A stretch of DNA of 64,000 nucleotides from Chiloscyllium plagiosum (Eukaryota). The DNA is taken from assembly GCF_004010195.1 (NCBI RefSeq), contig NC_057719.1:61672467-61736466 (forward strand), given 5' to 3'. Numbering within the stretch: the first letter of the stretch is position 1; each line of letters starts with the position of its first letter. The position numbers and the translations under genes are program-made. The notes beneath the pieces are model-generated. The model did not search any database. It was not told the origin of the DNA and saw nothing but the letters and a program-made list of their open reading frames with translations. Below, one piece after another: positions 24,109-35,381 of the stretch.

Positions 24109-25623
24109 CATAGAACATAGAACATAGAAATATACAGCGCAGTACAGGCCCTATGGCCCTCGATGTTGCGCCAATCCAAGCCCACCTAACCTACACTAGC
24201 CCACTATCCTCCATATGCCTATCCAATGCCCGTTTAAATGCCCATAAAGAGGGAGAGTCCACCACTGCTACTGGCAGGGCATTCCATGAACTCACGACTC
24301 GCTGAGTAAAGAATCTACCCCTAACATCTGTCCTATACCAACCAATCCAAAACTGCACACAATATTCCCGATGCGGCCGCACCAGAGTCTTATACAACTG
24401 CATCATGACCTCAGGACTCCGGAACTCAATTCCTCTACCAATAAAAGCCAGTACGCCATATGCCTTCTTCACTGCACTATTTACCTGGGTGGCAACTTTC
24501 AGAGATCTGTGTACATGGACACCAAGATCCCTCTGCTCATCCACACTACCAAGTATCCGACCATTAGCCCAGTACCCCATCTTTTTGTTATTCTTCCCAA
24601 AGTGAATCACCTCACACTTAGCTACATTGTATTCCATTTGCCACCTTTCTGCCCAGCTCTGCAGCTTCTCTATATCCTGCTGTAACCTGCTACATCCTTC
24701 CTCACTGTCAACAACTCCTCTGACTTTCGTATCATCCGCAAACTTGCTCACCCAATCTTCTAACCCCTCTTCCAGGTCATTTATAAAAATGACAAACAGC
24801 AATGGTCCCAAAACAGATCCTTGCGGAACACCGCTAGTGACGGCACTCCATGAAGAAACTTTGCCATCAACTACTACCCTCTGTCTTCTTCCATCCAGCC
24901 AATTTCTAATCCAAACCTCCAACTCACCCTCAATGCCATATCTCGTATTTTCTGCAGTAGCCTACCATGGGGAACCTTATCAGACGCCTTACTAAAATCC
25001 ATATATACCACATCTACCGCTTTCCCCTCATCAACCTCCTTTGTCACCTTTTCAAAGAATTCAATAAGGTTTGTGAGGCACGACTTGCCCTTCACAAAAC
25101 CATGCTGACTATCCTTGATCACATTATTCCTATCCAGATGTGCATAAATCCTATCCCTTACAATTCTCTCTAAGACTTTGCCCACAACAGAAGTGAGACT
25201 CATCGGCCTATAGTTACTAGGGTTATCCCTACTCCCCTTTTTGAACAAGGGAACCACATTTGCTATCCTCCAGTCTACTGGCATTATTCCTGTAGACAAC
25301 GAGGACATAAAAATTAAGGCCAATGGCTCTGCAATCTCCTTCCTTGCTTCCCAGAGAATCCTAGGATAAATGCCATCAGGCCCAGGGGACTTATCTATTT
25401 TCACCCTTTCCAGAATTTCCAACACCTCTCCCCTACATACCTCAAAGCCGTCCATTCTAATTAATTGTGACTCAGTATTCACATCGGCAACAATATCCTG
25501 TTCCTGAGTGAATACTGATGAAAAGTATTCATTCAGTGTCTCCCCAATCTCTTCAGCCTCCACATGCAACTTCCCACTACTATCCCTGACTGGACCTATT
25601 CCTACCCTAGTCATTCTTTTATT
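24109..25623 (-). mobile_element. Relatively young 5'-truncated CR1 LINE with an internal deletion
   Basis: Overlapping ORFs of 273 and 243 aa with SGVPQGSVLGPLLF and KFADDTK; (CATAGAA)n tail; one frameshift near 24940. Confidence 0.95.
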
Positions 25624-26310
25624 AACAGACTGGCCGATGATGTCTTTTGATATTAAGTTAATTGTTTTGCTTATGCCAAAAATTCCAGTGTGCAAATTCT
25701 ATAATTTAAAATGTTACCACACAAAGATCATGAGAGGCTGATGAACCCCTGCTCAACAGTAAGCCATTGTCTGTACGCACCAAAGTCCAGACACATTTTA
25801 CAATTTTATTTTTCAAGAATACACATAGGATAGAGTTTAAAAAGCCAGTATCAACTCTACTTGACTGTGTTTGTGGGACTGCACGCTATTGTGTATACAT
25901 GCCAGGGTTCAAGCCTAAGCACACTGTGAAGGTCAGTTAAAGAACTACACCTGTATTATAGTAAAGAACTTCTCTCACTTCTCTGCAAACAAACCAAAAA
26001 AAGAACATAAGACAACAAAAGGACTCCCTGTCACCCTGAATGCTGGAAATCAGTCATGGTTGAAAGGAATCTCAACCAATCTGCAGAACTAATAATTGTG
26101 AAAACAACTGTTCAAACACCAATATCAAAGCTATTGGCAACCTCCACAGCTGCAACATCCAACTATCTGCTCCGCGTGAACAATTCAAAGACTGATCTAT
26201 ATATTTTTAAATGATTAACAGGTTTGGGAACCAAGAGAGAATGTTTGAGAAGAATACTAGGCTTCAGAAAATGCTTGAAGGGACTGATAGCACGGGCATG
26301 GAGAATAGTA

Positions 26311-26449
26311 GATTCTGAGGAACAGTCACTCATCCTGAAATGTTAACTCTGGTTTCTGTCCACAGATGCTGTCAGACCTGCTGAGCTTATCCAGCAATTT
26401 CTGCTTTTGTCTCTGATTCACAGAACCCACAGTTTTTTTGGATTTCATT
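26311..26449 (+). mobile_element. Penelope-like solo arm starting at a decayed hammerhead motif
   Basis: CTGAGGA at 26315...GAAATGTT, then the arm sequence shared with 19751; flanking duplication gagaata(g/c)ta (26301-26310, 26450-26459). Confidence 0.7.
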
Positions 26450-28378
26450 GAGAATACTAAGTTAATAGGTGAAGTCATAGTAAGGGAGACCTAAATAAAG
26501 TCAAACCAGAGTTAATGTTTGAATGTATTAAGATTGGAGAGTTAAAGATGCAGATTGCCATGGGAAATATGATATTCAGGTGATAATATTCAAGTAAAGG
26601 CAAGACTACTATTAAATATTCCTGGGTACAAGGTTTTCAGATAAGACAGAAAAGGAAGGATATGAAGAATGATGGTGGTATAGGTTAAGGAAGGCATTGA
26701 AATGCTGGAAAAAAGGCTTTCTCAGAGGATTCAAGGTGCAAAATCAATTTGGATAGAGCTAAGGAACAAAAAGTGTAATGACATTCTCGATGTAGTCTAC
26801 TGACTTACCAGCTAGTCAGAAGAGTGGAGAGAAACAAATCTGCAGGAAAATTACAGACAAATCAAGGTAGTACAATAATTATAATGGGTAAATCACCGAA
26901 ATAAAGACTGAAATATTGTTAATCAAATGGGCAGCAAGAGGCAAATGTTCCTAGATTGTGTTGAGGAAAATTTCTTCAACGGGGTTAAAACAGAGTTGGG
27001 CAGGATAGACAGGGAACAAAAGGCTGACTGGAAAACTGTAACTGAGCAATGGGCTTTCTTCAAAGAGGAGACAGTTCATGGACAGTTAAAGGATACCCAC
27101 CCTTCAAATGGAGAAGTTGGACAAACAGAACCAGAACAAATCTAGAACTCCCTGAACAACAAAACAGATAAAGGATTAGGACTGATGAGGGACCAAGGAA
27201 GAGACTTACATATGGAGACAGGGGTAATGGTTGAGATATTAAGCAAATACTTTGTATCCAGCTTTAATACAGAGGGAGATGCTGCCAAGGCCATGATGAC
27301 AGAAGATGAAACTCTGTTCCTGGGAGGATTCAAAATTGATGAGAAACAAGTATCAGCTAAGTTGTTGGTACTTAGAGTTGAGGAGGAACCAGGAGCAGAT
27401 GAGATGCAACCAGGAATATTGAAGAAAATGAAATTGAAAATTGCACAGGCTCCAGCCACAGCCATTCAGACTTCCCGAGACTCAGGGGAGGTGCAGCAAG
27501 GCTAGGTAATTGCAGAAGTGCCCTTGTTCAAGAAAAATTGTAAAGGGATGTTCAGCAATTTCAGATCAATCGTTTTAACTTCAGTGGTAGGGAAGCTTCC
27601 CAAAATAATTACTTGAGATTGAACTAGTAGCCGCATGGAAAAATGTGGATTGTTTAGGAAGGGCCAGCCTAGGTTTTAATAATAGGACCATGGAGTACAA
27701 GAGCAAGAAGATGATGTTGAATTTGCATAAGATATTTTAACATCAGTTGTACTATGTACACTACATGAAAGCTATGAATACATTGGTGAGAGTACAGGAG
27801 AGATTTACAAGAATGGTTCCAGGCATGAAAAATTTCAGTTATGAGGAGAGGTTGTCATTGTTTTCTTTGGAGAGAAGAAGGTTTAGAGGAGAGCGAATAG
27901 AAGCTTTCAAAAATATAAATGGGCTGAATAGTATGCGAGGGACTGTTCCCACTCATAAACTGATCCAGACTAGAGGACACAAATTTAAAGTGATCTGTCA
28001 AACATGTATGTGTGACATGAATAAAATCTTTTTCACACAATAAGTGATCTGGCTAAAATGCACTACCTGGAAGTGTGTTGGAGGCAGATTAAGTTGAGGT
28101 ACTCAAGAGGGGATTAGGTGATTATTTGAAAATAAACTATGTGGAATGTATAATTTAGGGTGTGTAATTTATATATATTTTAATATCAATTATTTTAAAG
28201 TTTAGATTTTTAAATTTTGAATTATTGACATATCGATTTCTATGTGTGACTGAAGGGTTTAATGGTTAACTTGTAAGCATTTGTCTTCCTGTGATGATTT
28301 CTTTTAAAACAGTTTGAGTAAGGTAGTCTCTTTAGGATAAATATGTTTTTGTTTACATTAGGAGAGTTTATAAACAGC

Positions 28379-29152
28379 AAAGTATACAGTAGTGGGCGCA
28401 TTGGTTACAAAGGCCCAACAATGTCTTTTCTACCTCAGGCAGCTGAGGAAATTTGGCATGATGGTGAATAGTTGAAACTTTATTGCTGGAACAGCACAGC
28501 AGGTCAGGCAGCATCCAGGGAACAGGAGATTCGACGTTTCGGGCACAGGCCCTTCGTCGAATCTCCTGTTCCCTGGATGCTGCCTGACCTGCTGTGCTGT
28601 TCCAGCAATAAAGTTTCAACTTTGATCTCCAGCATCTGCAGACCTCACTTTCTCCTCGATGATGGTGAATACCCTTGCCAACATTTATACATCTGCCATT
28701 TGAGAGCATTCTGCCTGGATGTATCACTACCTGGTCTGGCAACTGTACCATTCAAGATTGGAGACGATTACAGAGAGTGGTGAACTCAGCCCAGACAATC
28801 ACATAGGCCAACATCAATAGAATCCATCTACCAGGCCCGCTGTCAAGGAAAGGCTGCCAACATTCTCAAAGATCCATCCCACCATGCCAATGTTTTTCTA
28901 CAATCTCTACCATTGGGGAGAAGGTACAGAAGCCTGAACACAGCGGTTTTGAAACAGTTTCTACCCTACCGTTAATAGAATACTGAATGGACTCACAATC
29001 TCTTATCATTTGCCTGTACCTGTGTTTTTGTTTTTGCCGCTGCTTACCTATTATTTACTTATCTATGCTACTTAATTCTATGATCTACCTGTATTGCTCA
29101 CAAGCCAAAACTTGCCTTAGTACACGTGACAATAAATTCAATTCAATTCAAT
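28379..29152 (+). mobile_element. Rex1/Babar-type LINE 3' fragment
   Basis: KAQQCLFYLRQLRKFG...ESILPGCITTWSGNC...RLQRVVNSAQ; AATAAA plus (ATTCA)n tail; TSD taaacagc at 28371-28378 and 29153-29160. Confidence 0.8.
28471..28658. mobile_element. Young Penelope-like palindromic insertion, same subfamily as 23656
   Basis: Perfect inverted arms; 13-bp TSD atgatggtgaata (28458-28470, 28659-28671); the right arm carries the 38-nt tail. Confidence 0.9.
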
Positions 29153-30199
29153 TAAACAGCTTTTAGTTAGATTGGTTTTGTTTTACGGTTGAGGGTTAAA
29201 AAGCAATTTAGGTTTCAGTTTGGGCAGTTCTGCATAAATTCTTGGATAAAGATGGATGTGTGAAATAATGCTGCTAAGAAATGGAGAACATGAGTAAACA
29301 AAGATTATCTTAGAGTAAAAAGTTTAGTAATAGCTCCAGGATTGTTTTGATAAAACCCTGAAGAAATTATATGAAGCTGAGAATATTTAAACTCAGGTGC
29401 ACAAAAGCTGCAGGAGTTGATGTCACAGTTAAATTAAGGTGGTAGAGAAACAAATTTTTCTCTTGTATGAGCATGGTTTTTGGATGTCAGAAGGTCAAGA
29501 GTACTTTTGGGTATTGGAAAGGGATGTTGCTGGGGCATGTAAAGGAGTTTTTGGGGGGGGATTCATTAGACTATATATCTACTGTATATATCAAAATCTT
29601 TAAAACTGTAATATATATAACAGTTTGGTCTATTCTATCTTCATTTTTGTTTAATAAACTTCTGTTTTATTGTTAAATACAAATCGGCAACACTGTGTGC
29701 ATATGCTTCAATGAGAGACTACCTCACTATATCCAAAACAAAACAAATCATCAGGGTGTATTTCAGTCTGGGATTTGACTGGTCCAGTAATAAGGTATCA
29801 AAATGTATGGGGAAAAAGCAGGAGAATGGCACCAAGTTATGATGCTCATTTGGACAGTCATGCATATGCAATAGACTGAATGTCTCCTACTGTATCATAA
29901 CATTTCTGTGATTCTGTGATTCCAGATGGCAGTCATGCCCTTTGATTAGGTACTTCAGCTTTGATATAGAATAAGAGGCAGGATGTTATGACTGAGTAAT
30001 GCAGGATCAGCAGGTTAAGACTGGAGCAATCACAGCTCTTGCCCTTGTCCAAGATGTTTGATTTTTTTTCAGTTGATGTAGATGGGAGTATGGTCAGGGA
30101 GGATGTGGTACAATGGACCATTGAAGTGGGGAGAGAAAATGTATTATATGTAGTGGTGTAGGGATTATTATAGTTAGGTGTGCGGATAGTGTTTCCTGA

Positions 30200-30870
30200 A
30201 GCAGTGTTGATTGTCTAATGCAGGGGGTAAAGACATCTTTTTGGGGCTGGAGAAGAACTTGGAGTGGGAGCACAAGCATCCAGTTGTTGTGGCCCAGAAT
30301 GATGTTAATAGGATTAGTACGTGCTGAGGGATTATGAGTAGCCAGGGGCTAAATTAAAAACCAAGCCACAAACTTAATGCTTTCTGAACGACTAACTGAA
30401 ACACAACAAGCCAGTTATGGGTAAGGAAGGTCAGAGGGTTAGTGCATTAGACGAGAGCATTGGATCCAATTCATGGGTCACTATGGAAAGGGTAACAGTA
30501 CTATTCACCTATATCTGGGACCAGAGAAAGGACAAAGCAGTAACGCAACATAAATGATATAATAATACAATAACGAAGTGTGATAAGAAGGAATAGAGCA
30601 TGTTGACAAAAGAGCGCAGTAAACATGGGTCAGAGCAAAATATTATAAAAAAGACAGGATTAAAAGCTCTTTGACTGAATGCATGCAGCATTCATTTGAA
30701 GATAAATTAAAAGTTAACTATTACAAATAAGTTTTTGTAAAGTGGTCAAATTTTGGAAATGAATAATCAAGGATATTTGACTCTAAGAAAATAGGAAGAT
30801 TGGAAGAGGAGGTGGGGTAGGACTCTTTATAAAAGACTAAACCAGTACAATAGTGAGAAACAATCTTGAC
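30200..30870 (+). mobile_element. Very old CR1 ORF1-end / endonuclease remnant
   Basis: 'ggggctaaattaa', 'ctgaatgcatgcagcatt' (LNACSI) and 'ggaagaggaggtggggtagg' (GRGGGV). Confidence 0.5.
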
Positions 30871-31047
30871 TTGAGTCCCAACACCTGAATGAAATGGGCA
30901 TTGATGAGGAACATGGGGGAATTGTGTAAAATTAACAGTGAATTAAATTAACATCGAAAATCTCATTTTCCAACTAACTGCTGATTGGTGAGACAGGTTT
31001 CTCAGTAGTGAGCAGCAAGCGGCCTATTCACATGGATTAGTATTGTA

Positions 31048-31206
31048 CAGAGGAAGGACACGGGCAGGGAGTACTTTGTTCGGTTAATCGAATGCTAGAT
31101 AATCAAGTGCCAGGTAACATCGTTAGCCAAGCATCGAGACCTTACTATCTTGTTCGGATAATCCAAAATTTGGTTAATTGAATGCCGGATAATTGAGATT
31201 CCTCTG
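31048..31206. mobile_element. Tc1/mariner (Tigger-like) MITE
   Basis: TA|cagaggaa...ttcctctg|TA termini; internal repeated ggataat/ggttaat motifs. Confidence 0.65.
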
Positions 31207-32841
31207 TATTATTATGTCACTGGACCTCATTAAAATACAGTTTCCCATTCTCCCACCCATCAGTTAGAAATTAGGCATTTCCAAAATGGAAGTCAGAGCA
31301 GTAACCTGGAGATATCAGCTCACTGCTTGCTCCTGTGGCTCTCCATCAATCACTAACATTTCAGGGCATGCTCCATGGGTATTCTTTATCAACAGATCTG
31401 TGTTGGCAAAATGGGGTGCCTATTTCCCTCACCCTGACATGCCTGACAATTGATAGGAATCATGCAGATGGGCTCCAGACTTTCATTGCTTGACTATCTG
31501 CGTATCCGAACTTTGAAGATGGTGCCGGTATTAGGAATCCTGGGAGGTCCTAGCATTGGACACTGGTTTTGCCTATGGTGAGAGTGAGAACACATTTAGC
31601 GGGGTGCCATAAGGATATGGTGCATAGGTAATGAAGTCAGTTTGTGAAGATGGTGTGAAAATACCTGTTAGGAAACTTGCAGAGAGAAGCTTCCATGAAA
31701 TCCACGAAAAATTATACTTAGCCAACGCCTGGTCAGATTTAGCATAAAAAATCAGTTTGGTTAGTGATAATGCATAACAAGGGAAAGATGTAACTGGTGG
31801 AAATAGTTTATCATCATCCTTACAGTAGCTACTTTGTAGACAGAGTAAGCATCATGAAATAATGGGCTTGCAAGAAAGATACTACAATTGGTAATTGCAT
31901 TCTTCACGTAAGTTGAGTGAATCAAATTGGCAAAAGTAGCTTTGAGGATAAAATTTGAAACTTCAAATTTGGACCAATTAAAGCACAATTAAACATGAAT
32001 AGATGTATTTAAAATGTTATTTGGGTATCTTACCAAGATGAAATCCTTCAACTGCCTTCTGGTATCTGTTATCAATAATAGATGCTCTTCCTATTAAATA
32101 TTTTTTCTCAGTGATAGCTTGTAATTAACTTGTGTTAAATGATCAATGAGATGTGAACAAAAAGATTCAAAAAAGCAGGAACTTTAATTTCTCTTCACGT
32201 TAGATTTGAACTGACTTATGTATGGATGCAAAATATTATATTCAGGAAAAATTTGATCAGTTCTAAGCAGCAGAAAAAAGACACATTTTCAGGAGTGGCT
32301 AACAACCAGCAAGGATAGAAATGAAAATTTACAAGCTTGACTAATTCTGGAAGTGGCTGAAAATTCAACATGCAAATCTGAGGCACTACAACGCACTACA
32401 AAAACAAAGAGCTTAATCAAAATGCCACATGAGCCAAGACTTTGTGATATTGTAATGCACTTTCATTAGACAGGACAGGAATTTAAATGTCATATTTTAT
32501 ATGTTGCTCATTTGATTTTTAAGAGCTTGCCTCATTCAAGAGTTCAGATGAGCCTGTGTCATTTTCACTTGCACTTTCTTATCCTCAGAAGTTCTTTCAT
32601 CATATTTTCCATCATTTTTTAAATTTAACTTTGCAGCTTGATTACCTTCACAAAAAGAATTATGAAGCCAACACATTCAGAACAAATTAATAAGAAATGT
32701 TTCTGAAGAGGTAGCCTTGTATACCTGGATATTTTTATATATTCTATTGTTGAAAGGTTCAACATATTGAACTGTTAACAGTTTTCTCTCCCATTGACAT
32801 GAATTTTCTTTGGAAAATACTTATTCAAATAAAAACAAAGA

Positions 32842-33052
32842 GAAAGTCACCATAGTCATTTCAAACCACAAGGCTGCTCTGTCATCTGCGAGAGAGAATG
32901 GTGGTGGTTTAATCTGAGGGGCACCACACCTCAGGCGAAGTGAGAGGTTAAGAACAACAGTCCTTCATGGTAACCACAGTCAGCATGGGAATTGAGCTCA
33001 TACTGTTGGCATTACTCTGCATTACAAACCATATATCCAAGCTAACTGACCC
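32842..33052 (-). mobile_element. tRNA-derived SINE (not HE1)
   Basis: Minus strand begins ggtcagttagcttgg (A-box-like) and has gagctcaattccc (B-box-like), followed by the core 'cgcctgaggtgtggtgcccctcagattaaaccaccacc'. Confidence 0.6.
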
Positions 33053-34866
33053 TCTTATACTTAAATAGAATTAACAGATTGAATTAACAGCTATTTTGCA
33101 GCATATTGGAAGCAAAAATGCATGCAATTAAAACCAATCCTTTCTGAAGAGTGCCACAATTAAATGGCAATTGAAATGCACTCCAGAAAAAATCGTGATT
33201 GAGAGAAAGTCGACTTACATTATGATCATGTATTAGTGCCAGAACCTGTGATACTCTGGCAGAAGCATTCTGGATTTTTTACGGATGTGTTCTGGGTAGA
33301 CTGACCTGAATTCCACTCTGCGGTGTTAGCATTCCACCCTCCTGTCTGAAATTCCATTAGCAGCCTGCTGACTGTAATTAGCAGAGTTATTTTCAGCACT
33401 GACCTAACTACCATCAGAATGTTAGCTGAACTTTGAAATGGCAAATGACAGTCACAGATATGAGGACAGTCGGCAGAAATCTTAAAGTGACAACAATTAA
33501 GGGGATAAGAAGGTTGATGGGACAGTATAATGTCAAGAACAATTTTTTATTTGCATGGCATTAAAATTAGGAACACCGGAAAGTCAATGAAAAGCTTTTA
33601 TGCTTGTTGACATTGCATCACGTTTGAAGTGCCAACAGGGCACTTAAGCTTCCTGCCTCTGAAAATAATATATTTATCTCAATGTTCTTTTTAAGAATGC
33701 AGAGACTATTCTCCTATCAATCTTACACCATTACTGTCATCCAATCCAATTTTTATTACAATTATCTCTGCATTGGACACTCCAAAATGAGGTTATTCTT
33801 TATCAATGAAAGCAACCAGGTATTTGTATATCTTATTCACACTGTGAATGGTGACTGATAACTGTTTGTACTAATCCATGTGAGTCATTTGGTAGCTTAC
33901 GGTGCATCAAGAGTCACAATTGGTTTGTGAAGCCATGTACAATTCTATTCCCCATTCAGTTCATTCCAGTCCATTCAATGTGTCACACAATTGGCTTTGA
34001 TCAAGTTTCTTTGATCAAGTATCATTTCCCACAAATCTTTGCAATCTTGGCTTAAGATTCAACTAAACTTGAGGCATCATCATTTTACAGTAACTCAGTA
34101 TGTCAACCTACGTTGCATCAGTCACAGACTTAAATAAGTGGAAGGCTGAAACATCAAGCTTTCTTTGAGTACGTTAAATTGATTTTTGTTACTTCTTAAT
34201 CAAAAAAAAGAAATATATTCCAGAAAATCTTCAACATCATGGTTACATCATCATGAATTATTTTTGACAAAAACAGTTGTTATTTTACATCTTGGATTCC
34301 TAGTCTTTTTATGGAATATTATTAAGCTCCTCAGCTGTTCCTTTACAGATGCCAAGCTAGCAGCTATAACATGCCTGGATTAACTGAAGTAAAACTGTAG
34401 AAGCACTTTTTCCAGAACCAACCAAAGCATATAAAACGAGAAAAGGAATCATTGGTTACTAGTTGGAACGTCACCCTCAGCCAGTTTAGTAATTAAAGGA
34501 GATATGTTTTACAGACAATCTGGTTGAGTAAAATCCAATACTGTAAACAGAACTCTTGGCCATTTTGCTGTACAATATTATATAGCAAAGTATAGTGATA
34601 CTCAGTTCATTTTAAAAGCCCCATGCATAGAAGTGGCAGACCTTAGTTATTCTGGCATCATTCTTTAATCAGATAATTGGGAGTTGCTTTTAATTATCAG
34701 TTGGTCTTCTGTCAACATTGAAAAAAGATGGTGAGGAAAGATAATTGGATTGCATGAGGATTTTGTTTACTGAAAACTTTGCAATGTTTAGAACCACAAT
34801 GCAGTGACAAAAGTGGTGACCCAGTAGACCGCATATTCAGGAGCATAAAGCTACAAGAGGGCATTG

Positions 34867-35135
34867 AGAGTCAGAGAGATATATAGCATGGAAATATCCT
34901 TCAGTCCATTTCACCATCTCAACCAAGTTTCTCAAATTAAACTATTCCTACTTGCCTACATTTGGCCTATATCCCCCTAAACCCTTCATATCCACATACC
35001 TATCCAAATTACTTTTAAAGGCTACAACTATACTTGCATCTACCACCTCCTCTGACAGTTCATTCTGTGTGAAAAAGTTGCCCCTCAGGTCCCTTTTAAA
35101 TCTTTCTCCTCACACCTTAAAAATATGCCCTCTAG
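34867..35135 (-). mobile_element. CR1/HER1 LINE 3' fragment
   Basis: Same reversed 3' end as other copies (tgtgtgaaaaagttgcccctcaggtccc). Confidence 0.85.
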
Positions 35136-35380
35136 TTGTGAACTACCATGGATGGAAATCTGGCAATAGAATTTCAATACATGTAAATATGAGATTATGC
35201 GTCTTACACCAAAAGACAGAGTTTTATTTCAAGAGTGAAATGCTAGGAACTGTGGAGGTCTAAAGAGATTTAGGGATCCATATACAAAGACCCCAAAAAT
35301 CTAGTACAAGAAAGTAATTAAAAACAATTCTCAAAATGTTAGCATTTACAACCAGAATGCTGGAATATGAAGAGGAGGCA
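35136..35380 (+). mobile_element. Old CR1 RT C-terminal fragment
   Basis: WQxEFN-like 'tggcaatagaatttcaatac' and 'aagagatttagggatccat' (RDLGIH). Confidence 0.55.
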
Positions 35381-35381
35381 G

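Larger units (their letters stand above)
28140..29793 (+). mobile_element. Probable solo LTR inserted in CR1
   Basis: Starts TG at the CR1 breakpoint, non-coding, AATAAA near 29654, interrupts an otherwise colinear CR1. The terminal CA is not clearly preserved. Confidence 0.45.
26480..29920 (+). mobile_element. Old, internally deleted CR1 LINE whose 3' tail (about 29795-29920) is displaced by nested insertions
   Basis: ORF pieces FLDCVEENF, EILSKYFVSSF and VQERFTRMVPG; 3' end resumes 'tatggggaaaaagcaggagaatgg...(ttctgtga)2'. Confidence 0.8.

Noticed and set aside
32700..32795. Further decayed hammerhead-arm remnant
   Set aside because: Too short and degenerate to call.
33219..33444. Minus-strand 72-aa ORF with nearby donor
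   Set aside because: No frame stays open between the acceptor and the donor.
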